Source: an uncultured Clostridia bacterium (GTDB taxonomy: Bacteria > Bacillota > Clostridia > Christensenellales > Borkfalkiaceae). From it: a stretch of DNA of 64,000 bases. Positions 56,214 through 63,780 of this stretch are shown piece by piece. Position numbers and translations under genes: made by a program. Location of the stretch: assembly GCA_934249215.1 (NCBI GenBank), contig CAKQKN010000106.1, positions 1,662-65,661 on the forward strand. Reading direction: 5' to 3'. The notes below the pieces were generated by a model. It saw only the letters and a list, made by a program, of their open reading frames with translations, was not told where the DNA came from and searched no databases. How positions within the stretch are numbered: position 1 is the stretch's first letter; every line of letters begins with the position of its first letter.

Positions 56214-57257
56214 ATGTCGTTTGAAGTAAAAGTCGGAAAAATCGGCATAGGCGGCGGCAATCCGGTTTCGGTGCAATCGATGTGCAACGTCCGCACGTCG
56301 AACGTAAGCGCGGTGGTCGCGCAGATAAACGCCGCCGAAAAAGCGGGCGCCGATATAATGCGCGTGTCCGTGCTTGACGAAGCCGACGCGAGCGCGATCG
56401 CCGAAATAAAAAAATCGATAAATCTGCCGCTCGTCGCCGATATTCACTTCGATTATCGCCTTGCGCTCGCCGCGATCGAAAGCGGCGCGGACAAAATTCG
56501 CATAAACCCGGGCAACATCGGAATCGACGCCAACGTCGAAAAGGTCGCCCGCGCGCTCAAAGACCGCGGAATCCCTTGCAGGGTGGGTTCGAACAGCGGA
56601 AGCGTGGAGAAAAAATTCGCCGAAAAATACGGTAACGGCGCCGTCGCTCTTGCCGAAAGCGCGCTCGAAAAAGCCGCTCTTCTGGAAAAGTTCGGCGTTC
56701 GGAACATAGTGCTTTCCGCCAAATCGTCCTCCCTTCGGACGACCGTCGGAGCCTACCGCTACCTTCGCGAAAAATGCGACTATCCTCTTCACGTCGGCGT
56801 AACCGAAGCCGGCACGCTCAAAAGCGGTCTTATCAAATGCAGCGCGGGCATAGGCAGCCTTCTTCTCGACGGAATCGGCGACACGATAAGGTTTTCGCTC
56901 GCCGCGCCTCCCGAAGAAGAGGTAATCGCCGGCGTAAAACTTCTGCGTGCGCTCGGGCTCGGAAAAGAGGGCGCGGAAGTCATCGCATGCCCGACTTGCG
57001 GAAGAACGCGCTACGACAGCATAGGCCTTGCCGAACGCGTCGAAAAAAAAGTCATCGGCATAAAAAAACCGCTTAAAATCGCGGTGATGGGCTGCATAGT
57101 CAACGGTCCCGGCGAAGCGAAAGAGTGCGACGTCGGCATCGCTGGCAACGGCGAAAAGTGCGTGATTTTCAAAAAAGGCGAAATAATCGCCAACGTGCCG
57201 TGCGCCGAAGCCGAAGAAAAATTCCTCGAGGAAATCGAAAAACTGACGAAAAATTAA
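56214..57257 (+). CDS. ispG: 4-hydroxy-3-methylbut-2-en-1-yl diphosphate synthase
   Basis: 347 aa. VSVQSMCN, RINPGNIG, and cluster Cys residues CPTCGRT...GCIVNGPGE. Confidence 0.93.
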   Translation: MSFEVKVGKIGIGGGNPVSVQSMCNVRTSNVSAVVAQINAAEKAGADIMRVSVLDEADASAIAEIKKSINLPLVADIHFDYRLALAAIESGADKIRINPGNIGIDANVEKVARALKDRGIPCRVGSNSGSVEKKFAEKYGNGAVALAESALEKAALLEKFGVRNIVLSAKSSSLRTTVGAYRYLREKCDYPLHVGVTEAGTLKSGLIKCSAGIGSLLLDGIGDTIRFSLAAPPEEEVIAGVKLLRALGLGKEGAEVIACPTCGRTRYDSIGLAERVEKKVIGIKKPLKIAVMGCIVNGPGEAKECDVGIAGNGEKCVIFKKGEIIANVPCAEAEEKFLEEIEKLTKN

Positions 57258-57415
57258 CCCGCGCGAAAGCCTTAAACGCGCGAAGATCTTAAAACACAAG
57301 GAAATTCTTAACTCGTGCGGCGAACCGTAAAGCGGCGCAAAAAGCCCCCGGAAAAGCAAAACCGCGCAAAAAACAACACCCCAAACAGCAATTAACGACA
57401 AACGGTAACGACAAA

Positions 57416-58948
57416 ATGAGTTTGATAATCGATAAAATAAGAAAATCCGACGAACGGTTCGGCAGAATAAGAGCGGAAGAAGCGGTCTACGAAAAAAAAG
57501 CGAAAAAACTAACCGTAACCTTTCTTTTAAGCAAGCATTTCACCGCCGACGACGAACGCAAAATCGCCGAAATGATAAAGGACGAACTGCCTTTCGCGAG
57601 CGTCAGCGTAACGATACGTAAAACGATATGCACGCCCGACGTCGCCGCCCGCAGGATTTGCGCTTTCATAAACGAAACTTGCACGCCCGTAAGGGACAGA
57701 ATAACCGAATCCGACCTGAAAGTCACGGTAGGCGAGAACGTCGCCTTCATCGACGTGAGCGCGGAAGCGGACGTCTGCTCGTACCTTAAAACAAAGGATT
57801 TCGAAACTTCGCTCGGCGAATATCTGAAAGGGTATTTCTGCGAGGATTTCGTCGTAAAATACATTCCTCGCGCCGACGTGGACGCGTCCGACGTGCTTGC
57901 CGACGAAAAGATCGACTACGCCCGCATCGAAGCCATCCCCCCGCGCTATTTCAAGGTGGACTCGGTGACGCGCTTGCTTTCGAACGACGAAACCAACGAG
58001 GTCATGTACATACAGGACGCCGCCGAAAGAACGGGCGATCTCTATATCGCGGGCAAGATCGTATCCATCCGCGAAAAAATGACGAAAACGGGCAAGCCTT
58101 TCTTCATTTACGACCTTAACGACGGAACGGGCAGAATGTCCGGCTCGCTTTTCACCGACAACAAAGCCACTCTCAAAAAACTCGAAAAACTGCAAGAGGG
58201 GAGCGAGGTCATAATGTTCGGTCACGGCGAAGTAACCGACGCCGGCTACCACCGGTTCTCGATAAAATCGATCAATTTCTGCGAACTGCCCAAGGATTTC
58301 GTCTATCAGGAACGGCAATCCCGCCGCGCGCCCGAAAGTTATCTCGTCGTCAGCCCGACGCCCGTCGAAGAAGTTCGCCAGACCAGTCTTTTTCACACGG
58401 ATATCGGCATCCCCGAATGCTTCAAGGGTACTAACATCGTCGTAATCGACCTCGAAACGACGGGGACTTCCCCCTCGGACGACCACATAACCGAAATCGG
58501 CGCGATAAGGCTCGTCGACGGCAAAGTAACCGAAAAATTCGCAACTATGGTCAACCCGGAGCGCAAGATCCCCGAAATCGTCGTCGAACTCACGGGTATA
58601 ACCGACGAAATGGTGGCGGACGCCCCCGTGTTCTCGGAAGTCGCCGGCGATCTTTATAAATTCTGTTACGGCAGCATAATCGTCGCTCACAACATCGGCT
58701 TCGACTATCCTTTCATCAAGAACATGTCCAAGCCTTGCGGCTATCTTTATTCGAACCGCGGCATCGACACGCTCGCTTTGTCGCGCGCCGTTCTGCCGTC
58801 CCTTTCCAACCACAAACTGAACACCGTGTGCGATCATTTCGGGATCGAATTTTTGCACCACCGTGCCTACAGCGACGCCCTCGCGACGGCGCAAATGCTT
58901 ATTGAACTCGTCCGTTTAAAAGGCAGTTTCCCCGACTTCGACGTCTGA
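57416..58948 (+). CDS. PolC-like N-terminal + OB-fold + DEDDh exonuclease protein (no PHP or polymerase core)
   Basis: 510 aa. The OB region YIAGKIVSIREKMTKTGKPFFIYDLNDGTG... and the exonuclease motifs VVIDLETTG, VAHNIGFDYPF and HHRAYSDA align by eye with the PolC OB and proofreading domains. No HxH PHP motif or palm domain is present. Confidence 0.75.
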   Translation: MSLIIDKIRKSDERFGRIRAEEAVYEKKAKKLTVTFLLSKHFTADDERKIAEMIKDELPFASVSVTIRKTICTPDVAARRICAFINETCTPVRDRITESDLKVTVGENVAFIDVSAEADVCSYLKTKDFETSLGEYLKGYFCEDFVVKYIPRADVDASDVLADEKIDYARIEAIPPRYFKVDSVTRLLSNDETNEVMYIQDAAERTGDLYIAGKIVSIREKMTKTGKPFFIYDLNDGTGRMSGSLFTDNKATLKKLEKLQEGSEVIMFGHGEVTDAGYHRFSIKSINFCELPKDFVYQERQSRRAPESYLVVSPTPVEEVRQTSLFHTDIGIPECFKGTNIVVIDLETTGTSPSDDHITEIGAIRLVDGKVTEKFATMVNPERKIPEIVVELTGITDEMVADAPVFSEVAGDLYKFCYGSIIVAHNIGFDYPFIKNMSKPCGYLYSNRGIDTLALSRAVLPSLSNHKLNTVCDHFGIEFLHHRAYSDALATAQMLIELVRLKGSFPDFDV

Positions 58949-59033
58949 GCCGTAAATTCATTTTTTTGAACTGTAAACTCATTTTAGTCAACAGATAGAT
59001 CGAGTGCGGATCAATCATTTTTAAGAATCTTCA

Positions 59034-59570
59034 ATGTTGAATAAGTGCAAGGAATATAAGAAAAAGCAGTTTAAAAAACTGATGAAAAAGATGCGACAAG
59101 ATCCGAAAAATGGGTTGAGTCTGTTTTACGACGAATATGCAAAAATGCTCACGATAACTTCGGAAGTCTTTTGCCGTTCGAAGGTTATGGCTAAAGAAGT
59201 TGTGTCCGAGGTTCTGGTAAAAGTCTGGAACTTGTCGAAGTGCAACGTCGAAATCGATAATCCCGACGGTTTCATTTATGTTATGACCGTCAATACGGCA
59301 AAGGATAAAATGCGAAAGCGGCAATTGCTTCCGCTTGACGAAGAAACCGTATGGACTGACGGCGAGATAGAAAAAGTAATCGACGAACATTCTTTTTACT
59401 TTAAGATAAAAGATTTATCCGAAACGGAGCAAACGATTATGATATACAAATTCGTTTTGCTTTATACGTTCGACGAGATTGCAGACGAACTCCGCAAACC
59501 GCTTTCGACCGTGACTTCCGCTTATTACAGAGCGTTGGATAAAATAAAAAAGAAAGAAGAAAAGTCATAA
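59034..59570 (+). CDS. ECF-type (sigma-70 family, group 4) RNA polymerase sigma factor
   Basis: 178 aa. A region-2-like segment, and the region-4 HTH LYTFDEIADELRKPLSTVTSAYYRALDKIKK. No clear RBS, so the start is uncertain. Confidence 0.75.
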   Translation: MLNKCKEYKKKQFKKLMKKMRQDPKNGLSLFYDEYAKMLTITSEVFCRSKVMAKEVVSEVLVKVWNLSKCNVEIDNPDGFIYVMTVNTAKDKMRKRQLLPLDEETVWTDGEIEKVIDEHSFYFKIKDLSETEQTIMIYKFVLLYTFDEIADELRKPLSTVTSAYYRALDKIKKKEEKS

Positions 59571-59634
59571 ATTTGCCACAAAATTCGTCGTAAAATCTGC
59601 GAAAAATAAAAAAGTAAAAATTTTTTTATTTCTT

Positions 59635-59675
59635 TGAATAAAAAACCGCCTATCGGTTCGTCATATAAGTGAAGA
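59635..59675 (+). promoter_or_regulatory. conserved ECF-like promoter motif, copy P1
   Basis: TGAATAAAAAAC-N12-CGTCATATAAGTGAAGA, ~20 nt upstream of the ATG at 59694. The same 29 conserved positions recur at 61770 and 62378. Confidence 0.6.
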
Positions 59676-59693
59676 ACCAATAGGAGGTTAAGT

Positions 59694-60575
59694 ATGAAAA
59701 ACACAAAAGCAGTCGGATTTGCGATCGCGGCGGCAATAACGTTAAGTTTATTGTCCGTGTCCTTTGCTCGTCCGACAACGACAAAAGCGGAAACGGCGGG
59801 GCTTGCGGAAACGCGACAGACCGCAGTGCAAAGCATGAACAACGCGGATTTTGCGCAACAAAACGTCGATTTGGCGGATCGAAGTTTTCTGGATTTCATT
59901 TTATCCGACGCAAATTTCGCGGGAAACGTCGAATATTCCCGTTCGCCGCTTTACGACGCGGAATTGCAGACGAGCGGCATACAATACGCTTTTACGATCG
60001 GCAACGCGTCGGGCTATGCTTTATTAGCCGAAATCAAAGGCGAAAACAAAACTTTCTTCGAAGTGGAAGAACTGTTTTACGACAAGCCGTCGCCGTTTCG
60101 CGAAAGCTCGGGACTTCCGGTGTATGTGACTCACGGAGTATATCTCGACTATAGGTCGGGTGATTTTTACGATCTGAAGAGCGGCGATCTTGTGGAAAAG
60201 ACGCTCGTCGCGGAGTTTTCGGAGCGCGGTTTCGGCTATCGCGGGCTTCGAGAGTTCGAATCTCGTTACCAGACCGTCGGCTACGCAAGCAAAGACGTTT
60301 CGTCATATAGTATACAATATGACTTGCCGAGTTATTACGGCACGCCGGATTCCACGACTTGCGCCACAATTGCGGGGACGATCGTGCTCGGCTATTACGA
60401 CAGATTTTATGAGGAATTGATTCCGAATTATCAAGTCTACACGCGATTGGGAACTCGGGTGAAATATAAAGCCCTTTCCCAAAACATATTGGATTTGTCG
60501 AGCGAATTATACGATCTGATGGGTGGCGAGCGCGAACATCTCGGCACGACTATTCCGAATTTCAAGACGGAATGA
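59694..60575 (+). CDS. secreted Cys-peptidase-like protein, N-terminal part (carries the candidate catalytic Cys)
   Basis: 293 aa. Signal peptide MKNTKAVGFAIAAAITLSLLSVSFA. TTCATIAGTIVLGYYD resembles the nucleophile region of C39/papain-like peptidases. Confidence 0.6.
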   Translation: MKNTKAVGFAIAAAITLSLLSVSFARPTTTKAETAGLAETRQTAVQSMNNADFAQQNVDLADRSFLDFILSDANFAGNVEYSRSPLYDAELQTSGIQYAFTIGNASGYALLAEIKGENKTFFEVEELFYDKPSPFRESSGLPVYVTHGVYLDYRSGDFYDLKSGDLVEKTLVAEFSERGFGYRGLREFESRYQTVGYASKDVSSYSIQYDLPSYYGTPDSTTCATIAGTIVLGYYDRFYEELIPNYQVYTRLGTRVKYKALSQNILDLSSELYDLMGGEREHLGTTIPNFKTE

Positions 60576-60955
60576 ATACATATGTAAAAAGTAAAGGTCG
60601 ATCATATTCGACTACGAGCGTTTTATCGTCGGGTAAGTTTGACTTCGAAAAATATAAAACGTCCGTCGAAAATAACAAGCCCGTGGTGTTGTTTCTGAGT
60701 AGTTTTGCGATAAAGGATTACATAACGCAAGAGGGGACGACCGACACGATAAAGAGCGATTTTTCGAAGACTCCGCATGTTGTCGTCGGTTGCGGCTATG
60801 AAGTGCATAAATATTTCAATTCGGCGGGACAAGTGACGGATACGCGAATTTATTTAAAGGTTTCGACCGGTTTAACCGATTACTTACTGAATTATCTGAA
60901 TATCAACGGCGGATTAAGCGAGATTGACCGCGCGATTTCCGTTGACATAAGTTGA
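60572..60955 (+). CDS. Cys-peptidase-like protein, C-terminal part (carries the candidate catalytic His)
   Basis: 127 aa, joined to the previous ORF by an ATGA overlap in another frame. KPVVLFL...PHVVVGCGYEVH resembles the His region of the same fold. Confidence 0.5.
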   Translation: MNTYVKSKGRSYSTTSVLSSGKFDFEKYKTSVENNKPVVLFLSSFAIKDYITQEGTTDTIKSDFSKTPHVVVGCGYEVHKYFNSAGQVTDTRIYLKVSTGLTDYLLNYLNINGGLSEIDRAISVDIS

Positions 60956-60962
60956 GGACAAA

Positions 60963-61628
60963 ATGGAAGATAGGGATATTGAACAACGAATCGAGAAAAG
61001 TGCGGAGAATATCGAAACAAGGGAATTTTCTTCGGTATGGAGCGACATAAAGCACAAAGTCGACTCGCGGGAAGTTTTGGAACGCAAGCGTTTCAATCGT
61101 CTGATTGCGGTGGCGGCGTCGCTGGCAATTTTGATTATAGGTTGTTCGATCTTGTTGCCGATAGCCATAAAGCGCAACAACGATAAAGAACAGTCCTATT
61201 TTCTCGAGCAGTTCGGCGCGGTTGCCGTTGCCGAAACCGAGTTTTTTGAAACGCTCGACAAAGAGAAGATCGAACACGTTGACTTTTCTCGTTTCGTTCG
61301 ATCGAATTGCTGTTTGCTAAAAACCAGGGACGGTATAACCGGCGGCGGTGCGATAGAACTTTCTGACGATGCCGACGAGCCCACGTTCATCTTGTCCATA
61401 CTTTTTTATGCCGACAGCGTAAAAAACTTCGAATTAAATTCCCCGAAATACGATTTAGCTTACGAATCGAACGGTGCCGTCGTGCGTTATCGTCTGGTCG
61501 AATCCTATCCGGAAGAAAACTGGTACGTATACGAGTTGCGCGCGAACTACAATTCGGTAAACTATGCCATGGAATACACTTGTTTTGTTGAAGATATAGA
61601 ACCCTTTTTTAACGAATTTTTTAAATAA
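60963..61628 (+). CDS. putative anti-sigma factor (single-pass membrane protein)
   Basis: 221 aa with a GAGGA RBS. A short cytoplasmic N-terminus, the TM helix LIAVAASLAILIIGCSILLPIAI, and an extracytoplasmic domain. Shares an operon with the sigma gene. Confidence 0.5.
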   Translation: MEDRDIEQRIEKSAENIETREFSSVWSDIKHKVDSREVLERKRFNRLIAVAASLAILIIGCSILLPIAIKRNNDKEQSYFLEQFGAVAVAETEFFETLDKEKIEHVDFSRFVRSNCCLLKTRDGITGGGAIELSDDADEPTFILSILFYADSVKNFELNSPKYDLAYESNGAVVRYRLVESYPEENWYVYELRANYNSVNYAMEYTCFVEDIEPFFNEFFK

Positions 61629-61638
61629 ACGGCTTAAG

Positions 61639-61681
61639 ATGCGGCGTGTTGACTAAAGAAAATCAATGCGCCGCATTTTTC
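61639..61681 (+). terminator. rho-independent terminator
   Basis: ATGCGGCG...CGCCGCAT followed by TTTTT. The loop is ~22 nt. Confidence 0.6.
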
Positions 61682-61730
61682 AAAAAATATATGTTTGCTC
61701 GATTATTCGGCTTGCGAAAAATCCGTTCAT

Positions 61731-61939
61731 AGGCGCATAAAAAAACATTTTAAAAAATTTTTAAAAAAGTGAATAAAAAACGTCGACTTCCTTCGTCATA
61801 TAAGTGAAGAGTGTAAAGAGATACTATGCATTGTCCTTTTTACGTCTTGAAAAAATGAGGAGGTGCAGCCCGGTGTGAGATTTTTCTGATGTCTTATATT
61901 AAAAATGGAGTATTGAAAAAATGAAAAGAAAATTAGCAT
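61731..61939 (+). repeat. duplicated promoter and leader cassette, copy 1
   Basis: Nearly identical to 62339-62538, with a few substitutions or indels. It runs from AGGCGCATAAAAAAA through the promoter motif, hairpin, GAGGAGG mini-ORF and RBS into ATGAAAAGA. Confidence 0.9.
61770..61810 (+). promoter_or_regulatory. conserved ECF-like promoter motif, copy P2
   Basis: TGAATAAAAAAC-gtcgacttcctt-CGTCATATAAGTGAAGA. Confidence 0.6.
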
Positions 61940-61969
61940 TGTTTTCTAATTTTCAAACGAGGAAAGAAT

Positions 61970-62299
61970 ATGTTTGATTGGCTAAAGGATTATGATAAAT
62001 CCCGAAAAGAAGTATATCAAAACTTGCCAAGCAAGTTTTATGAAAATCGAATAAAATATTGTTATTTTATATGGATTTTAGATTCGGTCGGGTTTGCTAT
62101 TACAGCGCTGGTATGCGCAATAAAGTTGGCTTGGTGGGGAGCTCTTTTCCCGCTTTTAATGATTCTTATGATCAGCTGTATTTTTTACAAAGGAATAAAA
62201 GGATTAAAAGAAAACTACAATAAAGCTCTTTTAAGAGAAGCAAAACAAAAAGAAGAACAGGAGAAAAAGAATGAAAACAATGCGCTCCCGTCATCCTGA
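61970..62299 (+). CDS. hypothetical small membrane protein
   Basis: 109 aa with two TM helices and a Lys/Glu-rich tail. It starts inside the remnant of a truncated signal-peptide ORF (61931-61987, MKRKLALFSNFQTRKEYV*). Confidence 0.5.
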   Translation: MFDWLKDYDKSRKEVYQNLPSKFYENRIKYCYFIWILDSVGFAITALVCAIKLAWWGALFPLLMILMISCIFYKGIKGLKENYNKALLREAKQKEEQEKKNENNALPSS

Positions 62300-62338
62300 G
62301 TCTTGCCCGCTTGTTCGGCTTCCGAAGGATCTAGCCGC
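62284..62338 (-). repeat. 55-nt dispersed element, inverted copy
   Basis: The reverse complement reads GCGGCTAGATCCTTCGGAAGccgaaCAAGcgggcAAGaCTCaGGATGACGGGAGcgc. It overlaps the last codons of the 61970 ORF and abuts cassette copy 2. Confidence 0.75.
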
Positions 62339-62538
62339 AGGCGCATAAAAAAATATTTTAAAAAATTTTTAAAAAAGTGAATAAAAAACGTCGACTTCCT
62401 TCGTCATATAAGTGAAGAGCGTAAAGAGATAATATGCGTTGTCCTTTTTACGTCTTTAAAAATGAGGAGGTGCAGCCCGGTGTGAGATTTTTCTGATGTC
62501 TTATATTAAAAAAAGGAGTATTGAAAAAAATGAAAAGA
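62339..62538 (+). repeat. duplicated promoter and leader cassette, copy 2
   Basis: See copy 1. It ends in the first codons of the lipoprotein gene at 62530. Confidence 0.9.
62378..62418 (+). promoter_or_regulatory. conserved ECF-like promoter motif, copy P3
   Basis: Identical to P2, spacer included. Confidence 0.6.
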
Positions 62539-62982
62539 GTAGTAGCAATTATCATGCTTATGCTTTCCGTGACGATCGTTTTCGTCGGTTGCAACAATGA
62601 GAACAAAAATCAAGATAAGAACAAAAAGTATGACGTTTCGATCTGGGTTGCATCAGACGACGGTGAGAATTTTATATTCACGCCCGACGTGAAGGAGCTG
62701 CGAGTAGAGCGTGAGTACGACGGAAAGGAGCATCGTTACTATGTGGCAGCATTTCAACTTCCAAAGCACCCTCAATGGAGTGAAAAATGGCTTAGCCCGA
62801 GATATGAGGGTGCAAACGTCTTTCAATCGAGTTTGCTTTATACGGATGAGAATGGCGTACAAAGTGAACCGAAACCGAAACGAGTTAAAGAACGTGGGCA
62901 ATACTGTTACAATATTTATGCAGACAGTACCTCAGATTGGTGGATTCCACGAACAGTATTATTATACGTTACAGTAGTGTGA
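62530..62982 (+). CDS. lipoprotein, family with the shared signal peptide MKRVVA.IM.ML...IVFVGC
   Basis: 150 aa starting from the ATG at 62530 (AAGGAG RBS; the TTG at 62521 is too close to the RBS). Lipobox FVG|C. Confidence 0.7.
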   Translation: MKRVVAIIMLMLSVTIVFVGCNNENKNQDKNKKYDVSIWVASDDGENFIFTPDVKELRVEREYDGKEHRYYVAAFQLPKHPQWSEKWLSPRYEGANVFQSSLLYTDENGVQSEPKPKRVKERGQYCYNIYADSTSDWWIPRTVLLYVTVV

Positions 62983-63074
62983 AAATATAGAAAAGATTAA
63001 CGGAGATATACTGCGCTCAAATATATTGATTGTTAAGAAAGATTTTTTAATTAAAAAAATGGGAGTTTCAAAAA

Positions 63075-63755
63075 ATGAAAAGAGTAGTAGCAATGATTAT
63101 GGTTATGCTTTTCGTGGCGATCGTTTTCGTCGGTTGCAACAAGGTAAGTAGTTTTTCTGAAGAAGAGCATATTCAGAGAATTTCGGAAAGAATAGAAAAA
63201 CGCTACCAACGGAAACATTCGGGTGATGAAAAACAAAAAGATTTTAAGGTATATCCTTTGTATGGAAAAAACGAGGAACTAAAGATGTTTTTGGTGGAAT
63301 ATGATCCCGATGGCTTTACGTTTATTTTTCTTCAAGACGAACCGTTTTTTCTTGCAGCTTGTCTAAAAGCTCATAAAAGTATGTACATTGAAACTTCGGA
63401 TGTTTACGATAAAAGTCATCCGTGGAGCCCATATATTGCTGATAAAAACGGACATAGTCTTTCCGATTGGATTCCCGGGGCATCAAGCTCTCGTAAAGGA
63501 ACGCCTATTTTTGATGAAAACGGCGAAGTAATTTACTATGACAGAAGTCCGTATTATGTTTCGGGAAATATCGACGAAAAAAAGTATATTCTTGAAACTG
63601 AAGACACTTCTAAATATATTTGCGCCGTAAAACAAGATGGGAAGTTTATAAATCTGATCAGCATGACGGCGCTGCCCGATGCTGAAGTATACGTTTTAAT
63701 TGAAAACGCATTTATAGGTGTAGGGATAAGACCTAGCAGAATGTTTGATCTTTAA
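63075..63755 (+). CDS. lipoprotein, same signal-peptide family
   Basis: 226 aa. MKRVVAMIMVMLFVAIVFVGCNK. The mature part is unrelated to the previous gene. Confidence 0.7.
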   Translation: MKRVVAMIMVMLFVAIVFVGCNKVSSFSEEEHIQRISERIEKRYQRKHSGDEKQKDFKVYPLYGKNEELKMFLVEYDPDGFTFIFLQDEPFFLAACLKAHKSMYIETSDVYDKSHPWSPYIADKNGHSLSDWIPGASSSRKGTPIFDENGEVIYYDRSPYYVSGNIDEKKYILETEDTSKYICAVKQDGKFINLISMTALPDAEVYVLIENAFIGVGIRPSRMFDL

Positions 63756-63780
63756 ATAAAAACAAAGGAGTATCAAAAAA

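Noticed and set aside
58949-59033. An autoregulatory ECF promoter upstream of the sigma gene (TGAAC...GTCAAC).
   Set aside because: It does not match the 41-nt motif shared by the three downstream copies, and its spacing is uncertain. It cannot be supported from sequence alone.
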